Shown: in pieces, positions 39,101 through 48,543 of the stretch
Position numbering within the stretch: position 1 is the stretch's first letter
How the letters are laid out: each line of letters begins with the position of its first letter
Source of the DNA: Escherichia phage vB_EcoM_JE01
DNA length: 64,000 nucleotides
Sequence record: PQ471460.1
Reading direction: 5' to 3' (one strand)
Program-made: the position numbers and the translations under genes
The notes under the pieces: generated by a model
What the model was told of the DNA's origin: nothing
Databases searched by the model: none
Seen by the model: only the letters and a program-made list of their open reading frames with translations

Positions 39101-39422
39101 CCTCAGTCATAATCTGCCCGGCAGCAATAATATCGCGAGTTACTCGAGCAATACCAGTTAAATTAAAATTACCTGTCTGAGTGAAAGTGCCATTTAAAGT
39201 ATAATCACCAGTTTGATTATAGTTTCCTATATGAATAACATTCCCGTCAATGCTACCACCTTTAGCAAAACCAAGATCAATGATATTTCCTTGGTCGTCT
39301 TTAGTAAAAAGTACGCGGTCTTTTAAGTTTATAGCCAATTCACCTTCGGCTAATACTGAAGCGGCAGGACGTGCTCCTGCAGTTTTGCTTCTTTTAAATT
39401 GTATTTGTTTTAAAGTAGCCAT
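36180..39422 (-). CDS. 37: Long tail fibre distal subunit gp37 (1080 aa)
   Basis: 1080-aa Gly/Ser/Thr-rich fibre protein downstream of 36 and upstream of 38. Confidence 0.85.
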   Translation of the reverse strand: MATLKQIQFKRSKTAGARPAASVLAEGELAINLKDRVLFTKDDQGNIIDLGFAKGGSIDGNVIHIGNYNQTGDYTLNGTFTQTGNFNLTGIARVTRDIIAAGQIMTEGGELITKSSGTSHVRFFDGNNRERGIIYAPANDGLTTQVLNIRVQDYAAGSESTYAFSGSGLFTSPEVSAWKSISSPQILTDKVITNGKKTGDYDIYSLANNTPLAESETAINHLRVMRNAVGSGIFHEVKDNDGITWYAGDGLDAYLWSFTWSGGLKAGHSVSIGLPGGSKGYSELGTASISLGDNDTGFKWHQDGYYFSVNNGTKTFLFSPSETTSLRKFVAGYSTNGTDLTTPPTENYALATVVTYHDNNAFGDGQTLLGYYQGGNYHHYFRGKGTTNINTHGGLLVTPGNIDVIGGSVNIDGRNNSSTLMFRGNTTGYSSVDNMDIKVWGNTFVDPSGGIRKNIMEISDATSWMSYIQRLTTGEVEMNVNGSFESSGVTAGDRGVHTTGEISSGAVNALRIWNADYGAIFRRSEGSLHIIPTAYGEGKHGDIGPLRPFSMALDTGKVTIPDLQSSYNTFAANGYIKFTGHGAGAGGYDIQYAQAAPIFQEIDDDAISKYYPIVKQKFLNGKAVWSLGTEISSGTFVIHHLKEDGSQGHTSRFNQDGTVNFPDNVLVDGDINMKGVMTFDAGRLGSRDYFKFNHWGDSNNARDNIIQLEDSQGAHFSTERTLATGAIKTRFFGETFTDGALYLNQMNNSSEQFHINNWGNSEVGRSAVMEVGDSKGYHFYTERRTDNSLMFDVAGAFTVHGPSGITIKNSAGARRVWFRDDSEAEKAVIWATDEGILHIRNNHGGPFSHHFKGAMIQLEGRVPYAADQGLIRGEVSGGAYVAWRDRPAGLLVDCQQSVDSAHAIWKAVDWGRNYIAAMDVHCPGDSNNTAAAVLHVQGADYQFHASGEFHATGNGNFNDVYIRSDRRLKINVEDYEENAVDKVNKLKVKTYDKVKSLSDREVIGHEIGIIAQDLQEVLPEAVSTSSVGSQDNPEEILTISNSAVNALLIKAIQEMSEEIKELKTPLFTKIARKISKYFKF

Positions 39423-39430
39423 AAGTCCTC

Positions 39431-40108
39431 TTAATAATAGCCGAAATCTTGAACAGAATCCTTAATAACAATTTGATCAAATCGTGGAACATGTGAGGGT
39501 TGAGATGCAGGATTCTGTGAAAAAAGGTTTGGCGCAGTTAAATTTCCTGTCATAGTATCTCCAGAGCGTAATACCCTAGAGTTTGCGTTTACTGTAACAA
39601 TATTTATTGCTCCATCAACATAATCTTTACGAGTAAGATCGTTAACCGCAACAGGTGCAGCCATGTCTGAACGAACTTGTCCAGAGGCGTAAACACCGCC
39701 TTTAGTATTAATTGTGCCTGTACGAGTATTAATGGATATCGTATATCCTGAATTACCTAATGAAGATTTAAATCCAACACCATACCAAGAAACGATATCT
39801 AGGTTGTTTGCTGTAAAATCGGCCCCATCATCAACTCCAGGAAAAATACCATTAATGTTCCCTGTTTGAATTACGCCGTCTTTAGAAAACGGGATTTGTA
39901 CACCTGCATTAAATGATACTTTGTTTAAATATGTGCCACCTGATGCTTTAGAAACGAAATCGTTATCAGCAGCTTGTGGTTTATTGTATTCTGAATATAT
40001 TTTAAATGATTTATAGAGTACATCGTCACCGGCTGGATTCAATGGAAAATTTCCTTGATGCCAAATGACAGAGCCTCCTGTTGTTGAACCTACTTTTAAA
40101 TCAGCCAT
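39431..40108 (-). CDS. 36: Long tail fibre hinge protein gp36 (225 aa)
   Basis: Size and position between 35 and 37. Confidence 0.8.
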   Translation of the reverse strand: MADLKVGSTTGGSVIWHQGNFPLNPAGDDVLYKSFKIYSEYNKPQAADNDFVSKASGGTYLNKVSFNAGVQIPFSKDGVIQTGNINGIFPGVDDGADFTANNLDIVSWYGVGFKSSLGNSGYTISINTRTGTINTKGGVYASGQVRSDMAAPVAVNDLTRKDYVDGAINIVTVNANSRVLRSGDTMTGNLTAPNLFSQNPASQPSHVPRFDQIVIKDSVQDFGYY

Positions 40109-40131
40109 TGTATGCCCCTTTATTTTAATAG

Positions 40132-40139
40132 TATTTATA
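40132..40139 (-). promoter_or_regulatory. Late promoter TATAAATA upstream of gene 36
   Basis: Exact TATAAATA on minus strand 24 nt upstream of gene 36 ATG. Confidence 0.6.
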
Positions 40140-40140
40140 A

Positions 40141-40165
40141 AGAAAAAGGGAACCCGAAGGCTCCC
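40141..40165 (-). terminator. Intrinsic terminator after gene 35 (minus strand)
   Basis: Minus-strand GGGAGCC-TTCG-GGTTCCC hairpin followed by TTTTTCT. Confidence 0.6.
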
Positions 40166-40170
40166 TCAAT

Positions 40171-41289
40171 TTATACTTCTCTAAATTCTTGCCCAAACAC
40201 TTTACCAGTTTTAGACGATGCTTGTGTAGGAAGTACCATTATATCCGGAGGTGAAGCAGATTCACAGATATAATTAACACGAATACCGTTGACGCCAAAT
40301 TCAGCAGGTTTTGAAATGCCGCCATTTCTTGATACTTCAGAAAAGCTTAAATTTCTCATGCCTCCTTGACCTGCTTGGGCAGTTCTTTGTGCATATATCG
40401 TAAATCCTACCGCATTTTCAGGAACAACTACATAGTCTTCCTTTAATTCCCATGACCCAGCTTGACCAGTAAACTCAGCATATGTTGAAGAAATATATCC
40501 ATCCGATTCATTATAAAATCTAATGGATATATTCGTAGTTCCAAGAGCAAGTAAATCGGCATCAGCATATAGTTGTGCTTTAAGATAAAGAACATCGCCT
40601 GGAATTAAATTATAATCAGATAATTTACTTATAGCAGCTGAAGTTGGTAGACGTGCAATTTCGTTATTAGTTCCACCAACCGCTGACATAAACTGCTCAA
40701 CGCTTTCATATGTTCTTCTTGGAAACCCGGTAGCTCCGACGTCTTCTAAACTGTCAAATACAACATCTAAAACAGTTTGATAATCATCTGTGCTTTTTCT
40801 ATTGCTTAATTTAACATGCTCTAATGCGATAGCTCTTTTAGAAGAAGTATAAAAAGCAGCATATGATACGTCGAATCTTGACAATACAGAGTCAGATGGA
40901 AAAGCAGACGTTCCAGCGGCTCTTAGCCAAGATGCTACTTCAGGAGGAAAATTAACCTTTCCGTTAGTTAATATAGCAACAATTCGATTATTCGTCAAAG
41001 AATTCATGAAACTAACAAAGGCAGCTGATGTAGTATCATTTGAAGTCGAAAAAGCATATGACTTACTATCAACTAATGCTCCGGTGGAAGGGTCAAAAAC
41101 TCTTAAATGAAGGCCTGCGCTAAATGTTTGACTTCCTACAGGATTATCCTGAAATTTAACGTATGGTCCTTCTGCAGTAGAAAGCGGGCAAGAACCCGCT
41201 ATACTTATTTTGTATCTTACTGAATTGCTTTCCGATAAAAATGGCGTTTGGACATATCCTTGTCCAAACTCTGCCATAAATTTTTCCAT
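40171..41289 (-). CDS. 35: Long tail fibre proximal connector gp35 (372 aa)
   Basis: 372 aa as T4 gp35; synteny. Confidence 0.8.
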   Translation of the reverse strand: MEKFMAEFGQGYVQTPFLSESNSVRYKISIAGSCPLSTAEGPYVKFQDNPVGSQTFSAGLHLRVFDPSTGALVDSKSYAFSTSNDTTSAAFVSFMNSLTNNRIVAILTNGKVNFPPEVASWLRAAGTSAFPSDSVLSRFDVSYAAFYTSSKRAIALEHVKLSNRKSTDDYQTVLDVVFDSLEDVGATGFPRRTYESVEQFMSAVGGTNNEIARLPTSAAISKLSDYNLIPGDVLYLKAQLYADADLLALGTTNISIRFYNESDGYISSTYAEFTGQAGSWELKEDYVVVPENAVGFTIYAQRTAQAGQGGMRNLSFSEVSRNGGISKPAEFGVNGIRVNYICESASPPDIMVLPTQASSKTGKVFGQEFREV

Positions 41290-41297
41290 AATACCTC

Positions 41298-44200
41298 TTA
41301 TTCAACCCATTCAAATTTAACCGTTTTATTCACTGGGTCAGGAACAATGCGAACATTACCAATTCGTAAGAAATCACGAATAGTAAGATTACCCATTATA
41401 GCATTATCAGATGGTAAAGCACCAATATCAGATGGCTGAGGAGGGTTACCCCCATCAAATACCTGAACAAAACTTGACCAAGAGTTTTTGGTTTTCTGCC
41501 ATGTGCGCGTCCAGCGAGTGGTACGTGCTTCTGGCGTCGTTGGATAAGTAATCCAATCTTGGTAAAGCGAATCAAGTGTATTACCAAACTGAGTCAATGT
41601 ACCAGGAGATTTAACTTCTTCGCCACGTTCTAAGTATGGAAGTCCAGTCACTTCATTAGTTTTTTCAACCATTTTAAAATAACCCGGGAACTGGTTATAA
41701 GTGGCTGAATCGTTAATATCGATTGACCAGAATCCGACAGTATCAGATGTTGGTGCGCGGGTATATAAATCAGATGTTTTAGTGCCCTGAGAACGAATTC
41801 TCGAGTTAACAGTCAAACCGCCTGAATTTATAGTAGCACCTTTGGCAATAATTAAGCTTTCGCCAATCGTTACTTGGCCAGATGCATTATTAATAGCTAA
41901 AGGACGTAATCCATTAAATCCACCAGTCTGATCACCTGATGCAGTAAACATAAAATTCGTTACTGATCCATCATTGCGAACAATGAAACCATAATTTCCG
42001 TTAATAGCACGGAAAGCATTTGCACTTCGAGAAATAATTTCACCAGTTGCAGTGACTGAATTACCAAATGTTGCTACACCATTTGCATTCAATGTTCCTG
42101 AAGCATTAACATTTATAGGTGTTACTGTACCATTGATATTAAATGTTATATTTCCAGCTTTATTGCGCTGAGAATAAAAGTGATTAGACGTTTCATCACC
42201 AACTTCAAATACAGTCGAACGTGTTGTATCTGATTCCCCACTAAATTGATTACCCCACACTCTAATAGTCACCGTCTGTGCTTGGTTAGTTCCAGTTTGA
42301 GGTCCTTTCTCAAAAATCAGATGAGTTTCTGTTCCAGTATTAGAAATAGTTAGTACACTATTTGCCGAAACTGAACCACCAAACGTAGCAGTACTAGATG
42401 ATACAAGAGGGGCACTCAGATTCGTTTGTTGGGTTAAGGTTAGTGAACCATTAACCGTCTGCGCAATGTCCCTACGAATGAACTGAGATGAATCTAGACC
42501 ATCCAATAAATTACTATCTACAGCTTTTGCTTTTAATGGCAAATAATTTGCTAATACACGGTTTAATTCATATGGTGATACTGCATAACTATTTTTCTCA
42601 TACAGTTCTAAATCTTGGGTAGAACCGACTGTATCATTACCAACGAATGTAATTGAACCAGATGAAGTTTTAACAAAACCTCTTATCGCAGTAGTAGCTG
42701 CCCAGGTAGGTTCACTCTGCACAATCCATTTTAAATTTTTTGGAGATACAGCAGTATTTGCTGACGTTCCAGTCACAGTTTCAGACTGAGTTGCAACTTT
42801 AATAACACCTTCTTGTGCTTCAGTAGATTTAGTACCTAAAAGCTTTTTAGGAGTTATTAAAACATTATCTAATGTTCCTGTAGCAGCTTCGACTTGTGTA
42901 GCTACACGAAGTGTACCACGCTGTGTCTCATTTGCTTCAAGAATATTAAGGGTATAATGGTCCCAGAGAGTTCCTGATTCAACTAATCCAGATAGAGCAA
43001 CAACAGAAGTACGATCAGTACTATTAAATCTGGTTTTAATTTTTAATGGTGTAGAGATACGAGTATCGTCGACGCCTGCGTCGAATTCAACCTGTGTAGC
43101 AATTTCAGCTATACCACTTAAACTTTCAGTTGCTCTACGGTCATTTAAAGTTTTAGGAGTGACTGCACGAGTATAATCAGTTCCTGTATTAACTTCGCTT
43201 TGCGTAGCAATTTCAATTAAACCAATTCTTCCATCAGTTGATGTCTTTTTATGTAACGTTTCTGGCGTTACAACCGCATTTGCCCATCCTTCCTGACTTT
43301 GTCCAGCAATTACTTCACTTTCAACTGCTAAAATTACTGCACCTTGTTGGGTTGGAGTAGCTTTATACTGATCCAAAGCTTTAGGTGAAACAACTAAATT
43401 ATCAGTGTTTTTATTATAAACATTCGTACCATTTAATTCACGGCTAGAAGCTGGAGTAGCACCTGCAGTAGATACAAAGGTTACAATACCAGATAATGAT
43501 TCAGAACCTTGACGAGCTTGAAGCTTTTTAGGAGTGATGATTGTAGTATCATCGGTTCCTGCATTAGTTTCTTGCTGCGTAGCAATTTCAGCAACACCTC
43601 TGCGAGTTTCAGTAGCTGTTCTTTCATTCAGCTTTTTAGGAGTGATGATAATATCATCAGCAAAAGAGAATGTAGTATCCTGGTTAACTTGAGCAGTTGT
43701 TGCTATTCTTGCGATACCTCTACGAGTTTCTGTAGCAGTACGGTTAGCTAACGTTTCTGGAGTAATTGCCAATTCTTTTTGTGGAGAATTTTCTAAATCA
43801 GCATTAGCTTGAGCTTGTGTAGCTAAAGCAATTACGCCTAATCTTGCTCTAGTAGAATCATTTAAAGAATCTACTCTTTCTACGGTTGGAACGTTTTGCT
43901 GTACAACCCAATATTTTCCATCAGAATCTTCTATATAAGCAAGCTCCAAAACTGGAACATAATTAGTTTCACCGTTAAAAACTAATTCTTGAACTGTTAC
44001 CCATTCAGCTTCAGGCGGATATTCTGAGCGTTTTGGGAATTGCAACAATTGAACTGAAGAAGCAATTTTATCTTCACCTGCAGCTTTGATTTTAACTGTT
44101 TGTCCTTTTCTCATGTAATTCATGGAAATTTTGACAGTATCACCAACAGAAATATCAGTCGGAAGCTGAAGTTCAATTGTTTGGGTTGTTCCATTATTCG

Positions 44201-45167
44201 CGCCAAATACCATGACTTCTTCATTTGGACGAATATTAGAATTAGTTGTTATAATGCGTAAACGTGCTTTACTATCCCCGTCAAACAATCTCCACAATTT
44301 CTCATTATCATCAAACATCAAGAAACCGTCAATCGATGTACGGCCTTCAATGGAATGAGTTCCAACTTCTTGTACTGAAGTTGTTTCATCATATGTAGTA
44401 ACAATTGTGTGATAAAGAGGATTTAATTTATCCAAATCAACGAAATTAATAATATCGCCATGATTGGCAAATCTTGGAAGTTTAATATTAATTGCTGATG
44501 CAGAAGTAAATCTACGTACGATAAAATCGTTTGATTGCGCCTGATAGAGACTCGCAGGCGTTACAACTACAGCTTCTCTGCTATAATCAGCAACGTACAT
44601 TTGCCACAGACGATTACTAAAAATTAAAACTATCTGTGATTTTGGATGAGTCATTAGTACTGATCGTACTTGCTGACCTCTAAAATTTACAATGCTTTGT
44701 ACCGGAGCTGTAATTAAAACTTGATTAACTCCAGGTTTTCCTCCAATATCTTGGAGAACGATAGTATCACCGTCAATTGGGGTAGATGGTAAAGTAAATG
44801 TAATGTCATTACCAGCTGCAGTATCAACTGAAATTGATTCGCCTGATTTTAATTGATAAGGTCCTGATGAAACAGTTGTCCAGTTTGCATCAGTACGTAA
44901 TGCTCTCCAGCGTACGCTATTAAAAGCTCCTGCTGGTTTTGGAATATCATTTATAGCAGCCCAAAAGCGGTTATCATAAATGATTACAAAATCTTTTAAA
45001 TATCCACGAGTTGGATCGTATTGTTGAACTGTGTTTTCTTGAATTAAGTAATCAACGTTGACACCGTCAGTTCCTACGGTACGATCAGCTAAAGCTACGT
45101 TGATTATTTTATCGCCACCTGCGTCCAGACCGTCTTCTGCTCTGAACTTTCTTTTAATCTCGGCCAT
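41298..45167 (-). CDS. 34: Long tail fibre proximal subunit gp34 (1289 aa)
   Basis: 1289 aa as T4 gp34; repetitive fibre sequence. Confidence 0.85.
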   Translation of the reverse strand: MAEIKRKFRAEDGLDAGGDKIINVALADRTVGTDGVNVDYLIQENTVQQYDPTRGYLKDFVIIYDNRFWAAINDIPKPAGAFNSVRWRALRTDANWTTVSSGPYQLKSGESISVDTAAGNDITFTLPSTPIDGDTIVLQDIGGKPGVNQVLITAPVQSIVNFRGQQVRSVLMTHPKSQIVLIFSNRLWQMYVADYSREAVVVTPASLYQAQSNDFIVRRFTSASAINIKLPRFANHGDIINFVDLDKLNPLYHTIVTTYDETTSVQEVGTHSIEGRTSIDGFLMFDDNEKLWRLFDGDSKARLRIITTNSNIRPNEEVMVFGANNGTTQTIELQLPTDISVGDTVKISMNYMRKGQTVKIKAAGEDKIASSVQLLQFPKRSEYPPEAEWVTVQELVFNGETNYVPVLELAYIEDSDGKYWVVQQNVPTVERVDSLNDSTRARLGVIALATQAQANADLENSPQKELAITPETLANRTATETRRGIARIATTAQVNQDTTFSFADDIIITPKKLNERTATETRRGVAEIATQQETNAGTDDTTIITPKKLQARQGSESLSGIVTFVSTAGATPASSRELNGTNVYNKNTDNLVVSPKALDQYKATPTQQGAVILAVESEVIAGQSQEGWANAVVTPETLHKKTSTDGRIGLIEIATQSEVNTGTDYTRAVTPKTLNDRRATESLSGIAEIATQVEFDAGVDDTRISTPLKIKTRFNSTDRTSVVALSGLVESGTLWDHYTLNILEANETQRGTLRVATQVEAATGTLDNVLITPKKLLGTKSTEAQEGVIKVATQSETVTGTSANTAVSPKNLKWIVQSEPTWAATTAIRGFVKTSSGSITFVGNDTVGSTQDLELYEKNSYAVSPYELNRVLANYLPLKAKAVDSNLLDGLDSSQFIRRDIAQTVNGSLTLTQQTNLSAPLVSSSTATFGGSVSANSVLTISNTGTETHLIFEKGPQTGTNQAQTVTIRVWGNQFSGESDTTRSTVFEVGDETSNHFYSQRNKAGNITFNINGTVTPINVNASGTLNANGVATFGNSVTATGEIISRSANAFRAINGNYGFIVRNDGSVTNFMFTASGDQTGGFNGLRPLAINNASGQVTIGESLIIAKGATINSGGLTVNSRIRSQGTKTSDLYTRAPTSDTVGFWSIDINDSATYNQFPGYFKMVEKTNEVTGLPYLERGEEVKSPGTLTQFGNTLDSLYQDWITYPTTPEARTTRWTRTWQKTKNSWSSFVQVFDGGNPPQPSDIGALPSDNAIMGNLTIRDFLRIGNVRIVPDPVNKTVKFEWVE

Positions 45168-45201
45168 TCTCCCGGGCTCCTATTGTGTTTTCAATAATAA
45201 G

Positions 45202-45209
45202 TATTTATA
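45202..45209 (-). promoter_or_regulatory. Late promoter TATAAATA upstream of gene 34
   Basis: Exact TATAAATA on minus strand 35 nt upstream of gene 34 ATG. Confidence 0.6.
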
Positions 45210-45212
45210 CTT

Positions 45213-45242
45213 GTTTACTTTAAGATTTGGATAGTATATAAT
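45213..45242 (+). promoter_or_regulatory. T4-type early promoter (rnh), divergent from the gene 34 late promoter
   Basis: GTTTAC 45213-45218, 18-bp spacer, TATAAT 45237-45242. Confidence 0.55.
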
Positions 45243-45271
45243 AGAAATCTCACTAATTGAACGAGGTTCAT

Positions 45272-46189
45272 ATGGATTTAGAAATGATGCTGGATGAAGA
45301 TTACAAAGAAGGAATTTGCTTAATTGACTTTAGTCAGATTGCGCTTTCAACTGCTTTAGTAAACTTTCCAGATAAAGAAAAAATTAATTTATCAATGGTT
45401 CGTCATTTGATATTGAACTCAATTAAGTTTAATGTCAAAAAAGCAAAAACTCTTGGATACACTAAAATTATACTGTGTATCGATAACGCGAAATCTGGAT
45501 ACTGGCGTCGTGATTTTGCTTATTATTATAAGAAAAACCGTGGAAAAGCACGAGAAGAATCTACTTGGGACTGGGAAGGTTATTTTGAATCCAGTCATAA
45601 AGTTATAGATGAATTGAAAGCTTATATGCCATACATTGTTATGGATATTGATAAGTATGAAGCAGATGACCACATTGCTGTTCTTGTTAAAAAATTCTCT
45701 TTAGAAGGACATAAGATTTTAATCATTTCGTCGGATGGTGACTTTACTCAACTTCATAAATACCCAAACGTTAAGCAATGGTCACCGATGCACAAGAAAT
45801 GGGTTAAAATTAAAAGCGGTTCTGCTGAAATTGACTGTATGACTAAAATCCTTAAAGGCGATAAAAAGGATAACGTTGCTTCAGTTAAAGTACGATCTGA
45901 CTTTTGGTTTACTAGAGTTGAAGGTGAACGAACTCCTTCAATGAAAACATCTGTTGTTGAAGCTATTGCTAATGACCGTGAGCAAGCTAAGGTGCTTCTC
46001 ACTGAATCTGAATATAATCGTTATAAAGAAAATTTAGTTCTAATTGATTTTGATTATATTCCTGATAATATTGCTTCAAACATTGTGAATTACTATAATT
46101 CATATAAATTACCACCGCGTGGCAAAATTTATTCATATTTTGTAAAAGCGGGTCTTTCTAAATTAACTAATAGCATTAATGAATTTTGA
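45272..46189 (+). CDS. rnh: RNase H / 5'-3' exonuclease (FEN family), 305 aa
   Basis: ATG 45272 (MDLEMMLDEDYKEG...), GAGG RBS; near-identical to T4 RNase H as I recall it. Confidence 0.9.
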   Translation: MDLEMMLDEDYKEGICLIDFSQIALSTALVNFPDKEKINLSMVRHLILNSIKFNVKKAKTLGYTKIILCIDNAKSGYWRRDFAYYYKKNRGKAREESTWDWEGYFESSHKVIDELKAYMPYIVMDIDKYEADDHIAVLVKKFSLEGHKILIISSDGDFTQLHKYPNVKQWSPMHKKWVKIKSGSAEIDCMTKILKGDKKDNVASVKVRSDFWFTRVEGERTPSMKTSVVEAIANDREQAKVLLTESEYNRYKENLVLIDFDYIPDNIASNIVNYYNSYKLPPRGKIYSYFVKAGLSKLTNSINEF

Positions 46190-46197
46190 GGTGAATA

Positions 46198-46467
46198 ATG
46201 GCTAAAAAAGAAATGGTTGAATTTGATGAAGCTATCCATGGCGAAGACTTGGCTAAATTTATTAAAGAAGCATCTGATCATAAACTGAAAATTTCCGGTT
46301 ATAATGAATTGATTAAAGATATTCGAATTCGTGCTAAAGATGAACTTGGCGTTGATGGAAAGATGTTTAATCGTTTATTAGCTTTGTATCATAAAGATAA
46401 CCGTGATGTGTTTGAAGCTGAAACTGAAGAGGTAGTTGAACTTTATGACACAGTTTTCTCTAAATGA
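46198..46467 (+). CDS. dsbA: DsbA dsDNA-binding late transcription protein (89 aa)
   Basis: 89 aa between rnh and 33. Confidence 0.75.
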   Translation: MAKKEMVEFDEAIHGEDLAKFIKEASDHKLKISGYNELIKDIRIRAKDELGVDGKMFNRLLALYHKDNRDVFEAETEEVVELYDTVFSK

Positions 46468-46783
46468 TATTCGTCCGGTCGATGAGACCGGTCTTTCAGA
46501 AAAAGAACTTTCAATTAAGAAAGAAAAGGATGAAATTGCAAAACTGCTTGATCGTCAAGAAAATGGATTTATTATTGAAAAAATGGTAGAAGAGTTTGGA
46601 ATGAGTTATCTTGAAGCTACAACAGCATTCTTGGAAGAAAATTCTATTCCTGAAACCCAATTTGCTAAATTTATTCCTTCGGGTATAATTGAAAAAATTC
46701 AGTCAGAAGCTATCGACGAAAATCTTTTACGTCCTTCTGTTGTTCGTTGTGAAAAAACTAATACATTAGATTTTCTACTATGA
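46445..46783 (+). CDS. 33: Late transcription co-activator gp33 (112 aa)
   Basis: ATG 46445 overlapping dsbA 3' end in another frame; 112 aa; upstream of 59. Confidence 0.75.
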   Translation: MTQFSLNDIRPVDETGLSEKELSIKKEKDEIAKLLDRQENGFIIEKMVEEFGMSYLEATTAFLEENSIPETQFAKFIPSGIIEKIQSEAIDENLLRPSVVRCEKTNTLDFLL

Positions 46784-47433
46784 TTAAACTCCGCATGCCT
46801 GCTGGTGGTGAAAGATACATTGATGGTAAATCAGTTTATAAATTATACTTAATGATAAAACAACATATGAATGGAAAGTATGATGTAATTAAGTATAATT
46901 GGTGCATGCGGGTGTCTGATGCCGCTTATCAAAAGCGAAGGGATAAGTATTTTTTCCAGAAGTTATCAGAAAAATATAAATTAAAGGAACTTGCTTTAAT
47001 CTTTATAAGCAATCTGGTTGCTAACCAGGATGCTTGGATTGGTGACATCTCTGACGCTGATGCACTTGTGTTTTATCGTGAATATATCGGACGCTTAAAG
47101 CAAATTAAATTTAAGTTTGAAGAAGATATTCGCAACATTTATTATTTTAGTAAAAAAGTTGAAGTTTCTGCTTTTAAAGAAATTTTTGAATATAATCCAA
47201 AAGTTCAATCAAGTTATATTTTTAAACTACTTCAATCGAATATAATTTCGTTTGAGACGTTTATCTTGCTTGATTCGTTTTTAAATATAATTGATAAACA
47301 TGATGAACAGACTGATAATTTAGTCTGGAATAATTATTCTATAAAGTTAAAGGCTTATAGAAAAATTTTAAATATTGATTCGCAGAAAGCCAAAAGTGTT
47401 TTTATTGAAACTGTGAAATCATGCAAGTATTAA
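46780..47433 (+). CDS. 59: Helicase loader gp59 (217 aa)
   Basis: 217 aa immediately upstream of gene 32. Confidence 0.85.
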   Translation: MIKLRMPAGGERYIDGKSVYKLYLMIKQHMNGKYDVIKYNWCMRVSDAAYQKRRDKYFFQKLSEKYKLKELALIFISNLVANQDAWIGDISDADALVFYREYIGRLKQIKFKFEEDIRNIYYFSKKVEVSAFKEIFEYNPKVQSSYIFKLLQSNIISFETFILLDSFLNIIDKHDEQTDNLVWNNYSIKLKAYRKILNIDSQKAKSVFIETVKSCKY

Positions 47434-47458
47434 TTGCTTATTATAAATAGATTATAAT
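47432..47458 (+). promoter_or_regulatory. Stacked middle and late promoters upstream of gene 32
   Basis: MotA-box-like aatTGCTTa (47432-47440), late TATAAATA 47442-47449, TATAAT 47453-47458. Confidence 0.5.
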
Positions 47459-47466
47459 TATCTCAC

Positions 47467-47498
47467 TGACCAGCTATGAGGTCATACATCGTCATAGC
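47467..47498 (+). promoter_or_regulatory. Gene 32 mRNA leader pseudoknot (autoregulatory translational operator)
   Basis: H-type pseudoknot: S1 TGACC (47467-47471) pairs GGTCA (47480-47484); S2 GCTATG (47473-47478) pairs CATAGC (47493-47498); followed by A/U-rich unstructured leader to the ATG. Confidence 0.7.
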
Positions 47499-47532
47499 AC
47501 CAACTGTTAATTAAATTAAAAAGGAAATAAAA

Positions 47533-48441
47533 ATGTTTAAACGTAAATCTACTGCTGAACTCGCTGCACAAATGGCTAAACTGGCTGGAAATAAAGGTGG
47601 TTTTTCTTCTGAAGATAAAGGCGAGTGGAAACTGAAACTCGATAATGCGGGTAACGGTCAAGCAGTAATTCGTTTTCTTCCGTCTAAAAATGATGAACAA
47701 GCACCATTCGCAATTCTTGTAAATCACGGTTTCAAGAAAAACGGTAAATGGTATATCGAAAATTGCTCATCTACCCACGGTGATTACGATTCTTGCCCAG
47801 TATGTCAGTACATCAGTAAAAATGATTTGTATAACACTGACAATAAAGAGTACGGTCTTGTTAAACGTAAAACTTCTTACTGGGCTAACATTCTTGTAGT
47901 AAAAGACCCAGCTGCTCCAGAAAATGAAGGTAAAGTATTTAAATATCGTTTCGGTAAGAAAATCTGGGATAAAATCAACGCAATGATTGCAGTTGATGTT
48001 GAAATGGGTGAAACCCCAGTTGATGTAACTTGTCCGTGGGAAGGTGCTAACTTTGTACTGAAAGTTAAACAAGTTTCTGGTTTTAGTAACTACGATGAAT
48101 CTAAATTCCTGAATCAATCTGCGATTCCAAACATTGATGATGAATCTTTCCAGAAAGAACTGTTCGAACAAATGGTTGACCTTTCTGAAATGACTTCTAA
48201 AGATAAATTCAAATCGTTTGAAGAACTGAGCACTAAGTTCAGTCAAGTTATGGGAACTGCTGCTATGGGTGGTGCCGCAGCAACTGCCGCTAAGAAAGCT
48301 GATAAAGTTGCTGATGATTTGGATGCATTCAATGTTGATGACTTCAAAACAAAAACTGAAGATGATTTTATGAGCTCAAGCTCTGGCAGTTCATCTAGTG
48401 CTGATGACACGGACCTGGATGACCTTTTGAATGACCTTTAA
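47533..48441 (+). CDS. 32: Single-stranded DNA-binding protein gp32 (302 aa)
   Basis: Zn-binding H...C...C...C core and acidic C-terminus; near-identical to T4 gp32 as I recall it. Confidence 0.95.
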   Translation: MFKRKSTAELAAQMAKLAGNKGGFSSEDKGEWKLKLDNAGNGQAVIRFLPSKNDEQAPFAILVNHGFKKNGKWYIENCSSTHGDYDSCPVCQYISKNDLYNTDNKEYGLVKRKTSYWANILVVKDPAAPENEGKVFKYRFGKKIWDKINAMIAVDVEMGETPVDVTCPWEGANFVLKVKQVSGFSNYDESKFLNQSAIPNIDDESFQKELFEQMVDLSEMTSKDKFKSFEELSTKFSQVMGTAAMGGAAATAAKKADKVADDLDAFNVDDFKTKTEDDFMSSSSGSSSSADDTDLDDLLNDL

Positions 48442-48463
48442 TAGATTATATTACTAATTAATT

Positions 48464-48488
48464 GGGGACCCTAGAGGTCCCCTTTTTT
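48464..48488 (+). terminator. Intrinsic terminator after gene 32
   Basis: GGGGACC-CTAGA-GGTCCCC hairpin followed by TTTTTT. Confidence 0.75.
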
Positions 48489-48513
48489 ATTTCAAAATTT
48501 TTTTCACAAAACT

Positions 48514-48543
48514 GTTTACAACCAAAGCATACTGTGGTACTAT
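48514..48543 (+). promoter_or_regulatory. T4-type early promoter
   Basis: GTTTAC 48514-48519, 18-bp spacer, TGTGGTACTAT (48538-48543). Confidence 0.65.
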
